Part shown: positions 51,332 through 63,930 of the stretch, one piece after another
Numbering within the stretch: the stretch's first letter is position 1
Layout: each line of letters opens with the position of its first letter
Source of the DNA: Mobula hypostoma
Lineage: Eukaryota
Reading direction: 5' to 3'
Assembly (NCBI RefSeq): GCF_963921235.1
Contig: NC_086100.1
Span: 203,300,001 to 203,364,000 of the forward strand
DNA length: 64,000 nt
Notes under the pieces: generated by a model
Seen by the model: only the letters and a program-made list of their open reading frames with translations
Database searches by the model: none
Told to the model about the DNA's origin: nothing
Translations under genes and position numbers: made by a program

Positions 51332-52491
51332 TGTCACAATGGGGCGCTGGGGACGGACCCAAATGCGAGACACAGTCACCGAAGTACGAGGAACAGGATT
51401 TGACTAGAGTCGGGACGTGACAGGATACAGACAAGGAGCAGGGACAAGAACGCAGACTTCGGCTAGGGCATGGACAAGACGGGGAACCCGGACAAGGAAC
51501 TATATACTAGGAGCCTGGGCTCGGGCCCCAGAACCAGGCAAGGACATGACATGACTACAGGACAGGACATGGCTGGTGTCTAGAGGCTTGGGGTTGCAGG
51601 CTGGGGTTTTGTTCTTGAGGCTTGGAAGCTGGGGTCTTGGTCTTCAGGCATAGAGGCTGGGGTCTAGGTCTTAAGGCATGGATCTGGGGTCTTGGATCCT
51701 GAGCTGCGGAGGCTAACAACTCGGAGGCTGGAACTTGGAGACAGACTGGGAACTGTACATTAACATAGAGCCGGGAATTATTCTTCGAAAAGCCAGGACA
51801 CATCTTTAATACGACACCAACATGAAACAGGATAGTACATAGACATAGAGCCGGGACTCAACCTCTTCTCCACACCAAGGTGGGACAGGACCATCCGTCG
51901 GGTAACGGCAAAACGGCCTGACTTACCCCACGGAGGCGAGGACAAAACAAGACAAAACAGGACCCCCCGCAAGGCAACGGCAAAACAGCCTGGCTTACCC
52001 CACGGAGGCGAGGACAAGAAGAGACAACACCAAAGAACGATAGACAGTTCCATCTCTGCTCCGGGGTTAGTCCGAGTCTCGGTTTGGCCAGCAACCTCAA
52101 CTGGTTACGGAAACAGCCGGATCCCAACTTAGCTCGGAGTAGCTGGCAGGCACTCAGCTGGCCCGGGAATCAGCCGAATCAATACCACAAAGACAGCTCC
52201 GACTACTGACAACAAGGCTTCATGAAGTGGTGGTTCCCCAACGCGGCCTAAAGATGGCAAGTGGCCACTCTAGCCTTCCGTCCACCGTCAGGTTGCTCCA
52301 AGGGGGACTGACGAGACAAACCAGCAGCCCACACTCAACCCCAAGGCTACTTATATTCCAAATCCCAAAATGGGAATCAGGTGCCTATGCTTAACTCAGT
52401 CAAAACAAGGGACAGCCGGAAGACCCAGAGTCCTGACTCCACGGACCGGACCGTGAACCGGAATGCGGAATTCATGGACCGGACCATGACA
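51332..52491 (-). mobile_element. Gypsy-type solo LTR (1160 bp)
   Basis: TGTCA...TGACA termini; TSD ATATT/ATATC; host CR1 frame continuous across it; minus-strand TATA-like AATATAAG at ~52350. Confidence 0.82.
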
Positions 52492-53833
52492 ATATCCTTT
52501 GTTGTTTTGCTCCCAAATATTCCCTTCTTTCAGCCACGACTTAGTGATGGCCACAATGGCATACCGACGAAGCTCTGATTGAGCCAGGAGGTCGTCAATA
52601 TTATTTTGACTGCTCTGCATATTTAAATGCACCACCTTCAGTCTCGCATTCTGCGCCCTTTTGAATGTTGCCTCTGTGGTAACTCTTAACTCTTCGCTCT
52701 CTATGCATTTGTACCCAATCATTGGCTGGCCCTTTCCTTACATTCATGTTAAACCATCGTTTACTTGTAAAGCTGCTGACATCCTCAGCTCTATCATCCT
52801 GGTTCCCAACCCCCTGCCATAATAGTTTAAACCACCCCTAATACCTCTTATAAATCCAGCCGCAACGATATTCGTCCACACAAACACAGAGTGCAGATTG
52901 CACTTAAGTGGCTTATGGTTAAGTTCATGATCTTGTTGCTCTTTTGCAGAATGTCGGGTATGGGGTTGTGGCCATCACTGAATCGTGGATGAAGGATGGT
53001 GGTTGTGGAGTGAATTCACAACCTTACACATAGGATGGGAGGGATTGGAAGGTAGGCAGACGAGCAGCAGTATCTGTGCTTATAAAGACCGGCTACAAAT
53101 CGTTAGATGTCTTATGGTTGTATGGTCTTATGGAATTTTTAAGGAGCTCAATGAAACTCTTCGAATATTGAAAACCTGGACAGCGCAGATGTAGAACGGA
53201 TGTTTCCCATCGTTGGGGAGGCTTGGACAAGATCTAAGTGTGTTTCTTTTAGCTATAGTGTTATGAATTTGTAGAATTTGGTACCACAAGCAGCGGTAGA
53301 GTCCAGGACCGTGGATATATTTAAGTTGGAGATCGACAGATTCTTGACTGACACACCTCCGGGACGGCATGGGGAGGAGTGGAGAACGGTGGGATATGAA
53401 CCAGTTCTTGCAATTCCGGGAACAATGCCTCGAAGACATCGCGCCCTTGTATTGAATAGTATGATTGATTACTCAGAATAAATACTTTCGACTATACTGC
53501 CAACCCGTGTCTTTGAAAAGGCACGGTGTTTTCATAGCATTAACATTTGTGTTGTGAATAATTACTTTCACCATATTCAACGTGGTATATGAATTTTATA
53601 TATTTCCAAATTTCCGTGGAGTGCGCGCAGGTAATAAATAATTGATTCACAAAAACTATTCCCGAAGAACAATGGATAGAAAGAGCATGAGTAGAACTCT
53701 CCACTGCAGAGCTTAGAAACCACTTGGGTTGCTTGGCTGTCAAGGTGTACAAGACAGGACATTGTATCGAAATATTGTCATTGTCCAAATCAGCGAATCG
53801 TCAAGCACGAGTGACAAAAAAATGATTTGGGGG

Positions 53834-54470
53834 AACTGAACTAGTCCAGCCATATAAACACCGTCGCTACCAGACAAAGTCAAATAATAGGAATCCTGCG
53901 GCGTGTAACTCACCTCTTGACTCCCCAAAGCCTGCCCCCATCTACAAGGCTCATGTCAGGAGTGTAATGGAATACTCGTCAGTCGCCTGGGTCAGTGAAG
54001 CTTCGTCAGCACTCAAGAAGCTCGACAGTATCCAGCACAAGGCAGCCCATTTGATTGGTACCCTTCCCAAGCATCCAATCCCTTCACCATCAACGAACAG
54101 TTGCAGCAGTGTGTACTATTTACAAGACGCCCGACAACAACACAACAAATTTCCTAAGGCAGCACTTTCCACATACACGACTGCTGCCACCTGGAAAGAC
54201 GTGAACAGCAGATTCCTGGGATCACAACCACTTGGAACTCACCCTCCAAGTCACTCACCATCGTGACTTGGAAACACATCGCCGTTCCTTCATTGTCGCT
54301 TGGTTAAAATCATGGAATCCCCTCCCTAACAGCATTTTGGTTGTACATGCACCTCAGTGGCTGCAGCGGTTTAAGAAGGCAGCACGTTATAACCTTCCCA
54401 AGGGGAAACTAGAAATGGGCAATAAATGCAGGCTTAGATGGCGACGCCCACATCCCGCAAATGAATAAAT
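53834..54470 (+). mobile_element. L2/CR1-group LINE, 3' part
   Basis: YKAHVRSVMEYSSVAW...LDSIQHKAAHLI and SWNPLPN peptides; 3' end aatgaataaa. Confidence 0.75.
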
Positions 54471-55039
54471 AATATCCAAAATTCCCTTTAAATTTGCATT
54501 AGTACAGGGCCACTAGTGAGGTTTTGTTTTCTGTCTTAAAGAACAGTGAAGTGTATCATTCCCCAAGGCCTGGTCGAATACACTACAGATTACTGAGAGA
54601 GGCAAGAGAGGAGATTACTGGGGAGTTAACCAATATATTTGTGTTTAATCCAGCCACAAGGAAGTTGACTGAAAATTGGCGATGGATGTTATTCTATTAT
54701 TTCAGAAGTGGAATGGATAATGCTGGAAAACATAGACTGGTGAGTTTCACGTCAGGGGCAGGGCCGTTCCTGGTGAGGATTCTTGGGGATAGGCTGGAGA
54801 TCTATCGAGCTCCACTCATATAAGCAGATCGCTTGGCTCTTCTGATTTGTGATGTCCTTTTTTGTCGGTCTAGCCCCATTAACCTGCACCAGGGCCATAG
54901 CCTTCCATACATTTCCCATCCATGTGGCTATCCTATTGTCTATTAAATGTTACAATTTAAACTGCTTTCACCACTTCTATTTCTACACTCACACTGCCCT
55001 CTGAGTAGAGAAGTTATGAAGAGGAACTTCAAGCTGTTC

Positions 55040-55480
55040 ACCATTTCAGCCCCAGATCCATTGACCTAAATAGGGGCTAGTCTGTTTCCATTCCTCCTGT
55101 CGTCCACAACCAGCTCCTTTGTTTCTGCGACTTTGAGGGAGAGGTTGTTATCTTGACACCACTGTGTCAAGGTGATGACTTCATTCCCGTAGGCTGCCTC
55201 GTTATTATTTGAGATTAGGCCAATCAGTGTAGAGTCCTGAGCAAATTTAATTAGCAGATCGGAGCTGTAGGTGGCGACACGGTCATGAGTATACAGGGAG
55301 TAAAAGAGGGAGCTCAGGACACAGCCCTGAAGGGCACCTGTTTTGAGGGTCAGAGGGCAAAGGTGAGGGAGCCCACACTTAACATCTGCTGGCGATCTGA
55401 CAGCAAGTCCAGGATCCAGTAACACAAGGCAGGGTGAAAGCCGAGGTCTCTGAGCTTCTTGTCGAGTCTGGAAGGAATTA
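55040..55480 (-). mobile_element. Rex1/Babar-type RT fragment
   Basis: TGALQGCVLS.LFYSLYTHD...KFAQD...KTKELVVD-like peptide (ORF 55066..55425). Confidence 0.8.
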
Positions 55481-56444
55481 TATACCCTTCACCTATGTAA
55501 CGCTGTGGGAAAGTTTTCACTCCTAATGTAATCGTTTCTCTGTAGCAGCAGTGCTTGGGTTATGATTAGAGTTAGCAGGGGTTTGGAATGTGCGACGTCC
55601 GTCTGATCCAGGAAACGTATCCAACGTAAGACCTTTCAGTTTGCCTGGCGTTGTTTTCTTTTGTAAAAGCACCGACACTCACTCCTGCTTCCTGACACGA
55701 ACGGTCTTCTGGTACAAAGCTAGACTCTTCCACAGCAGAGTCTGAATGAAAGTACTTAATGCGCCCATCTGCCAGGTTTCTTTGTCCTTCATTACGGGCG
55801 TCACGAATTACACTTTGATTGAATATGGACTCCAAAGTTATCAACTATTCTTGCATTCAACGGGGATGCTATTTATTGATTGAGAGAGCATAATGTAATG
55901 GTAATTGAAAGTAGGTATAGCGATGGGTGTCTCCGGTATGCACTTTACACAGAGTGGTGGGCGCTGTGAGGAGTGATTGCCTAATTAGATAAAATAGGTG
56001 AATTGAAGGAAAATTTAGACAAGGGTGTGCAGGAGGGATTGCTTGCAATTATCTAAAACTTTATCTGAAATATCGGTACCAATTCATGGGCCGAAGGACC
56101 TATACTGTGTTATGATGTTTATTCACTTGCTTTCGAATTTTCCTAAGAATGAACAAAATGCCAGCATCGAATTTTGTGTTTTCTCACCTGCGTTTACTTT
56201 TAGTTTGTTTTGTTTTATAGTCCTATTACTTGTGTCATTTGCCCATGTGGAATCCACTATAACGTCCTGGAAATGTGCAAATCTCTCTTCCTGATAAGTC
56301 GTTCCCACGATGCAGAGAATTGGCTATTGGGGAAATTCGTAATCAATGTTCATTTAAAAAGGAAATTTAAGTTTGCTATTTTGACAAAATGTTTTCTCGA
56401 CTAAAACAAAACTGTTCCCAAAATAAAGTCAGGTCAGCCTGCTC

Positions 56445-56670
56445 ATATGGCCTAATTACAGCGCTGGTGACCCGGGATAAATTCTAGCTGCCGGTGGTCG
56501 GGAATATGTACGTTCACTTATGACTGCCTGGATTAGCTCTGGTTCACTGCCACAGTCCAAAGACGCATGGGGTAATACGATAATCGGTCAAACGCATTGA
56601 TTAGGGGTGGGAGCTCATTGGGCTGAAAGTACCTGTAACCGTACTGTACCTTTAAGTAGAGGAAATAAAC
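56445..56670 (+). mobile_element. Decayed tRNA-derived SINE (V-SINE/HE1-like)
   Basis: B-box-like gacccgggataaattc, V-domain-like tgtacgttc...ccacagtccaaagac, and a CR1-like 3' end. Confidence 0.5.
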
Positions 56671-57249
56671 CATAAATTAAAAAGTAACTTCGCCATTGAA
56701 TTCGAGTAAGCACAGTGGCATCTCAAAATTCAATGCACACGACAGATAAACTGGTGGTAGCTCCAAATGAATCAGCAGAAGGGACCTCACTGGCCACCAC
56801 TGAATAATCACGGTGGTCAAGTGGCTGGCTCGTTTGAATATGCGTTCAATGTTAATATTTAGGAGTGTGTTTTTTTTTTCAAATTAGTAACGATAAAGTA
56901 ATCGAATATCAAAGTCAAAGAGTTAGCCTATCTCTTGTTGGAGGTGCTCCATGACTGTCACTTACGCTGCGGATACATATGTTGCTAAGTGTCCACTAAA
57001 TATCTTGCTGTATCGCTACCTCTGGAATTGGACATTGAATCGAAAGTAAGGCAGATTTCAGTGAACATCTCCGATTTTGACCTTCTGATGACTGGAAGGT
57101 GAATTCTGCATAGATATCAACTCACTGCCCTACTTACACTGAGGGAATTGATACTGGAAAAACTTGTATTTGCATCATTGGTTAACTTTCAATTTCTTTA
57201 GGCAAGAGTGAGGAATGTGATCCAGCTATTTCTTGTAGTATTTCAGTTA

Positions 57250-57570
57250 TCCCTTTCTTTGTCTTCTACCCTTTCCCATTAGATTTCCCCTCTCCAGCCA
57301 TTTCTCTTTCACCTTTCAGCTTCCCAGCTCTTTACTTCACCACTGGCACTGTCCCGTTTTCACCTATGACCACCTAACTTGTACTTCTCCCTATCCTTTC
57401 CCCACCTTGTTGCTCTACCGTCTTCCTCTTCCTTTCCAGTCCTGATGGAAGGCCTAGCCTGTAAAGTCGACTATTAAATATTTTACATTGATGGTGTATA
57501 GCCTGCTGAGTTCTTCCAAGCAACTGTGTATTGCTTTGATTTCCAATATCTTCAGATAGTCTCCTTTCTG
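57250..57570 (+). mobile_element. Decayed Penelope-like terminal repeat with degenerate hammerhead
   Basis: Pyrimidine-rich tract, then cagtc-ctgatgg...gtaaa-gtc-gacta and gcctgctgagttcttcca...gatttcca, homologous to 6290-6424. Confidence 0.6.
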
Positions 57571-57817
57571 TAGAATGTTGAAACGTGTTGCTCAGAAATC
57601 TAATGCACCAGTTTTGAATATCAAGTCGAAAGTAAATTATGCTTTATATTATAGTCTTGTAAGATGGAAATGAGCAGCGAAGCTTCTTGTTATCAATATG
57701 TTAAACTATGTTAAATGGTTCTATGGATGCATTGTTGTAATAAAATAATAGAATTCATTAAGTACGATTGCTGACCTTAGCACTATATTCGTTCGGATTG
57801 TAACTGATGAGATGCAG

Positions 57818-58277
57818 AGACATAGAAACAGAAAAATACATAAAAAACCGACCAGCACAATACACGTCCTTCGGCCTAGAATGCTGTGCCAAACACGTAC
57901 GTACTTTAGAAATTACCTAGGGATTGCCCGCTATTTTTCTATGCTCCATGTACATATCGAGGAGTCTCTTAAAAGGCCCTATCGTATCCACCTCCACCAC
58001 CGTTGCCGGCAGCCCATTCCACGCACTCACCACACTGCGTAAAAAAAAACTTAGCCCCGACATCTCCTCTGTACCTATTTCCAAGCACCGTAAAACTGTG
58101 CCCTCTCGTTTCAGCCTTTTCAGAATAGCCTGTGACTATTCACAAGATAAATGACCCGCATCATCTTATACACCTCTGTAAGGTCACCTCTCATCCTCCG
58201 CCGCGCCAAAGAGAAAACGCCGAGTGCACTCAACCTATTCTCATAAAGCATGCTCCCTAATCCAGGCAACCATCCAG
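57818..58277 (-). mobile_element. CR1 3' fragment (same family as 36055-36500)
   Basis: Direct similarity to 36055-36505. Confidence 0.8.
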
Positions 58278-59180
58278 ACGATTAGATTTCGGCCACAGAA
58301 TGCATGCTCTCTTTACTCTATGTAATTTTTTAAAATCTACAAATTACTCCAGAATTTCCTTTTGGTAGACATGTTTTTTCTAAACCAAGGTATAAATTAG
58401 GAGATTACAATGCGTCACATTAGGGACACTTTAAGTTTCGACTGCAGGGAAAAGAAACTGTGACCCTACATTCTGATGTTTCAGGATATATACACAGCCC
58501 AATATAAAGTATTTTTCCTTTGCATTGCGAGGTAAATCCCTGCATGTGAAAAGTGAAACATCCAAATTCCAGACTCATCCTTAAGGCACATTCTGTTTAT
58601 AGGACCACTCCATCAATTTTACTAATACTTAATGAAAACAGAACGCCAATTAGTGTTTACTTCATCGGATTTTCCGGATACAGTGGTGTAGCTAAAGCAG
58701 TCTACCTAATTGTTTGTCCCTGCATTTCTTGAATAGCTAGATGTGAGCTGCAATATAGATGAGCTCAGTGTTCTGAAAAAGTGCCACCAAGTCGATCTGC
58801 GAGATAACTTTTAATTTTGAATGCGAATAGTTTCTTTGGGGCTTCTTGGCTGCGCTCAGGTTATTTGTCACTGAACAGGAATTATACTGAATTGAACAGA
58901 TCATCCGCTCATTTTTGATGGAAGAATTGTTGACCACGTAGATTAGATCAAAAACAGTGAGATACAGTATCAGCAGTATAAATATTCACTAAATTCAGAC
59001 AATGTTGTGCTGGGGAGTGAGTTGACTTTAATTGTCACTTACCATCCATTGTTTAATCGTGTAAATAAACAGGATTATCTCACACCACAAAAATCTCATT
59101 ATCAACAGGAAAATAAGTTTACTAAAGAACAGTGGACAAAAAGAAACATCATAAACATCGAATACCTCATCATGACATTG

Positions 59181-59670
59181 ATTAGATTAGATTATTAGGA
59201 CACGCAGTCCTCTTTTATTGTCATTTAGTAATGCATGCATTAAGAAATGATACAATGTTCCTCCAGTGTGATATCACAGAAACACATGACAGAGCAAGAC
59301 TGAAAAACTGACAAAAACCACATAATTAGATTAGATTAGATTAGATTAGATTATGAGGACACGCGGTCCTCTTTTATTGTCATTTAGTAATGCATGCATT
59401 AAGGAATGATACAATATTCTGCTGGTGTGATATCACAGAAACACAGGACAGACCAAGACTGAAAAACTAACAAAAAACACATAATTATAACATATAGTTA
59501 CAACAGTGCAAACAATACCATAACTTGAAGAACAGGCCATGGGCACAGTAAAAAACGTTCAAAGTATCTCGAAAGTCCCACATCTCACACAGACGGGAGA
59601 AGGAAGAAAACTCTCCCTGCCATGCCCGACCACAGTCCGACCCTGAGTCGTCCGAAAACTTCGAGCCTCA
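59181..59670 (-). mobile_element. Non-LTR 3' end with (TCTAA)n tail; terminal ~145 bp present twice in tandem
   Basis: 59181-59325 and 59327-59488 are near-identical and each starts with (ATTAG)n. Confidence 0.65.
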
Positions 59671-59682
59671 GGTTTTTCTTAC

Positions 59683-60590
59683 TTTGACTTTGTCTGGTAG
59701 CGACAGTGTTTATATGGCTGGACTAGTTCAGTTTCCTGTCAATGGTGACCCCCAAGTCGTTGGTAGTAGGGTACTCAGTGGTGGTGATGCCACTGATTGC
59801 CAGGAGACGATGATTAGAGCCTCTCTTCTTGCAGATGGAGATTGTCATTGCCTCGCAGTTCGTGGCTCAAAGACTTGGATATTGTCCAGGTTCTGCTGAA
59901 TTTGGGTATGAACTGCTTCAGTATCAGAGGAATCACGAATGGTGCAGAGCATTGTGCAGTCATCTGTGAACGTTCCCACTTCGAACCTTACGACAGAAGG
60001 AAGGTCATTAATGAGGCAGCTGAAGATGGTCGTCCTAGGACACTTCCCTAAGGAACTCCTGCAGTGATGTCCTGAGGATTGACCACCAACCACCACAACC
60101 ATCTTTCTTTGTGTCAGCTATGATTCCAACCTGCGGAGGGTTTTCTCCCTAATTCCTATTGACTCCATTTTAGCAAGTGAAGCTTGATGCCATACTCCGT
60201 CAAATGCTGCCATGATGTCGAAGGCTTTCATCTCACCTCACCACTGGAGTTCATCTCTTTGTTCCGCATTTGGTCCAAGGCGGTGATGTGGCCAGAAGCT
60301 GTGTGGCCTTGACGGAACCCAAGCTGGGCATCCGTAAGCAGGTTATTGCAGAGTAGGTGTTGCATGAGAGCACTGCCCATGATCCCTCCCCATTACTTTG
60401 CTGATGATAGACAGTAAGTAATTGGGCGGCAATTGGCTGGGTTGGATTTGGATTTGTTCTTCTTCTTGTGTGCAGGACATACCTGGGCAATTCTCCACAT
60501 TGCCAGGTAGAGGCCGGTTTTACAACTGTACTGGAACAGCTTTCTTAGCAGCGAGGCAAGTTCTGGAGCACACGTCTCCAGGACTATCAG
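59683..60590 (-). mobile_element. L2/CR1-group LINE, RT part 5' of the piece at 53834
   Basis: FSCLINDL...FTDD...QIQQNLDNIQ (ORF 59845..60102); overlaps the 53834 piece by 51 bp. Confidence 0.75.
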
Positions 60591-61170
60591 AAAGTACAGG
60601 AAAGGAAAGATTTAATCATGTCATCGACTCAAACAGCAGGGAAAAGGCTCTTCAGCCCATGAACCCATGCGACTTAAATGTACAATGAAGGTAATTCCCG
60701 CCCCAGAGCACGCAGATGGAACTAGGTTAAATGGACACCTGGACGCATGTAAAACACCCAAGGGCCTGTGTTAACGCTGTAAGGGAGGGGTTTTGTCCAA
60801 ACATCGACTCTATTTCCCTCAATAGATGCTGCCTGACCGGCGAAGTTTCTTGAAATGTTGCATTTAGTTCTGCTTGGCATTCTATACAAAGGATGATTTG
60901 TACTGGAAGACTGCATGATTGTGGGGCCTTGTGTCCATACGACCATAAGACAAAGGAGCAGAATTAGTATTTGAACCCATCTGTCCCGCCTTTTCATCGT
61001 GGATGATCCCGGATCACACACAACCACAAACTGTTGCCGTCTTTCCATATCTTTTGATGACCCGATCTGATACCGCCTTAAAGCTACAGACTTGACCTCC
61101 GCCGCAGAGTGTGGCTGAACATTCCAGAGGTTCACTACTCTCGGGATAACAAATTTCCTCCTTACCTGTC

Positions 61171-62220
61171 ACAAAGAAGAGGAAATCTGCTGATTCTGGA
61201 TTCTAAGCAATACAAACAATGCTGAAGGAACTCAGCAGGCCAGACAACATTAATGGAAAAAAGTACAGTCGACATTTCGGGAAAAGAGAGTTGAGGAGTA
61301 GATTTAAAAACAGAGGAAGGGGAGATAGAAAGACAAGGTGATTGGTGAAACCGGGGGGTGGGGGTGGGGAGTTGAAATAAATAGTTGGGAAGTTAATTAG
61401 TGAAGCAGGTACAGAGCTAGAGAATTGGGAGTCTGATAGATGGGGATAGTAGGCCATTGAAGAAAGAAAAGGAGGGAGGCGATGGGCAGGCAAGGAATAA
61501 GGTAAGAGAGGAAAAATGGGATTGGGATTGGTGAAGGAGAGGGGGGAGGGCCATTACCAGAAGTTCGAGAAATCGATGTTGATAACTTCAGGTTGGAGGC
61601 AGCACAGACGGAATGTCTGTTTTTTTTCCCGAAATGTCTGTAACCTGAATGTGGCCTCATGGCGAGAATAGAGGATCTTCTGGCGTACGGGTCATTGGTG
61701 CTCGGCGAAGCGATCTCCCAACCTACGTTGGGTCTCAGCTATATACAGGACTGTTTGTGGTCCTAAATGGTAATGAGGGAGGAAATGTAGAGGCGGGAGT
61801 AGCATTTGTTCTGCTTGCAAAGGTATGCCCCAGGAGGGAGATCAGTGAGAGGGACTAATTATGTGCTGGTCGCGAAGGCTGTTGGGGTGGTGAAACCTCT
61901 CCCGGGTAGGCTGGCGGGAGGATGGGGTCAGAGCACACGTGCGTGATATGGAAGAGATGCGGTTGAGGGCAAAGTTGATCGTGGAGGAAGAGAAGCCCCT
62001 TTCCTGAAAACGGAGGACATCTCTGTCGCTCTAGTCTGAAAAGTATCATCCTGAGATCAGATGTGCTGGAGGCGGAGGAATTAAGAGAAATGCATCGCGT
62101 TTTTACAGATAATAGGATGGGAATAGTTATAATCCTGGCAATTTTGAGAATCCATAGGTTTACAATAGACATCAGTAGATAAGCTGTCTCCTCAGACAGA
62201 GTCAATGAGATCGAGAAAAG
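61171..62220 (-). mobile_element. Penelope-like element fragment (RT C-terminus + GIY-YIG + terminal repeat), inserted in an old CR1 (60930-62580)
   Basis: Minus-strand STDVYCKPMDS..DYNYSHP..CKNA..FLRL and LYIAETQRRLGDRFAEH (YIG-like) peptides; terminus similar to 6320-6424; host CR1 resumes at ~62230. Confidence 0.8.
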
Positions 62221-63031
62221 TACGAACAGGTTGCGCCTCAATTTTGAGACTGTGCCCTCTAGTGCTGGATACGCACACCGGAGGAAACATCACCTCCACG
62301 TCAAGCCTATCTAGTCCATTCAGCATTTAGTACATTTCAATGTGATCACCCCGCATTATTCTAAATTCCAGTAAGTACAAGTGCAATGCCACCCAAGGCC
62401 TCTCGTATGTTAACCCTTTCATTCCCGGAATCATTCTCGTGAACTTCCTCTGAGCTCTCCCCAAGGACAACACTTCCTTTCTGAGATACTTGGCACAAAA
62501 CTGTTGACAATACTCCAAATACAGCATGACTAGTGCCTGTTAAAGGTTCAACACTATCCCTTTGCTTCTATATTCTTGGGTTGATCTACAGAGGGATCTT
62601 GGAATACGAGTTCATAACTCCCAGATAGTGGATCGAGTGTCAGGCAGTTATGTTGCAATTCTATAAATCTCCATTATAACCGCAGCTGGAGAATAGCATT
62701 CTTATCTTGGAATAATGCGGAAGCTGTGGGTAGTGATTAGAAGACGCTTAACAGGATGCTGCCTGGATAAAGTAACACTGGACAATCTAGGGGAATATTC
62801 TCTGTATTGGAGAGGCTGTGTGAAGTCCTACTGAAGTTTATACGTACCCGAGAAGCGCAGACAGAGTGGACAGCCGGTATGTTTTCTCTAAGTAGGAAAT
62901 ATCTCCTACCAGACGACACGCACTTCCGTACAAACGGAGAGCAGTACTTCATTGGCCCATTTTGCGCTGTTTATGTATTTTGTAATTTAGTGCATTTTTT
63001 TCTCTCTTTTCACGACACTGCTGCGGTAAAC

Positions 63032-63280
63032 CCGGCTGGTAGCGTAGGGGCATCAGCGTCGGACTTCGGGACGATAGGTCCCGGGTTCGATTTCATCCGT
63101 GCTGGATTACGAACTGGTGATCTCCTTGGAAACTCACGCGGCAGAAGGCAATGGCAAACCACTGCTGTAACTTGCCTCGTTGAAGTATCCCCACTAATTC
63201 AAAGAAGGAGGAAATCTCTCGTGGTGGGTAACCGTCCGCTAAGCGGAGAAACTCCGGATGTGACGTACCTTTCCTTTCCG
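63032..63280 (+). mobile_element. tRNA-derived SINE
   Basis: A-box-like TAGCGTAGGGG and B-box GGTTCGATT, followed by an RTE-tail-like gaaggcaatggcaaaccactgc block; no complete cloverleaf. Confidence 0.6.
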
Positions 63281-63842
63281 TTGCTGCTCTAAAACAAACG
63301 CAATCTATTACACATTAAAATTAAACTTGACTCCGAATGGTTAAAGTAGATGTGTGTTGCAATTTTTTTTTTCGTGCTCATGGTGATGTTGTCTGGAATG
63401 AATGCCAGGGTTGGTGGTGGAGGGAGATGCAGTTGTGGCAATTAGATACCACATGAATGGTTGGAGAATGGAGGGATGTGGACGTTGTGTAGGTAGAGGG
63501 GACTGGTTTAGTAAGGCTTACAATCACCTGTTCAATTAGTTCAGAATAACACAGTGAGTAGAAGGGCCTGTTCCCCTGTTGCAATTGTTCTATGTTGGTG
63601 AGACCACAGCTGGAGAACTGTGAAGCTCTGGTCGGCAGTGGAGGACGGGAGTCAGAAGGAGACTCGATTGTGACTGTGCACTGATCCCAAAACTGAGCAT
63701 CATGCACCACTGATTCTACCCTCCGCCACCACAGGCCCCATTGTTACGGTGTAATTGTAGAGTTACGTGAAGGGTGACAAATAACACAAATTTTTCAATG
63801 ATAGAAATGGTTGCACATAAGTCACAAACACAGTTATTGCAT

Positions 63843-63930
63843 GGAACTACAGCTCCCATCGGGCACCGCGCTCAGTCAGCGTCAGCTGCCGAACACGTGG
63901 GGCCGCGGGACCAATCGGAAGTTGTAGTCC
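63843..63930. promoter_or_regulatory. Promoter-like motif cluster (ZNF143/THAP11-type ACTACA..TCCCA, E-box, CCAAT, ETS)
   Basis: GAACTACAGCTCCCATC 63844-63860, CACGTG 63894, CCAAT 63911, CGGAAGT 63916, inverted ACTACA 63923-63928, all in a CpG-rich patch. Confidence 0.65.

Larger units (their letters stand above)
50085..52880 (-). mobile_element. Old CR1 APE region hosting a family C fragment and a solo LTR
   Basis: AIVAITKSWLKEG (52396..52722), GGSMALLVRDG (51066..51296) and WNKVNYKDIREELA (50334..50606) in collinear order. Confidence 0.75.

Noticed and set aside
53577..53762. Minus-strand ORF with an aromatic, Cys-containing stretch as a possible third GPCR remnant
   Set aside because: No DRY-like, TM2 or TM7 motif could be aligned by eye; needs a profile search.
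63032..63105. Possible tRNA gene
   Set aside because: A and B boxes are present but there is no convincing acceptor stem or cloverleaf, and it continues into a SINE-like body.
62807..63292. 161-aa ORF
   Set aside because: Runs across a decayed CR1 fragment and a SINE, starts at a non-ATG codon, and has no recognisable domain.
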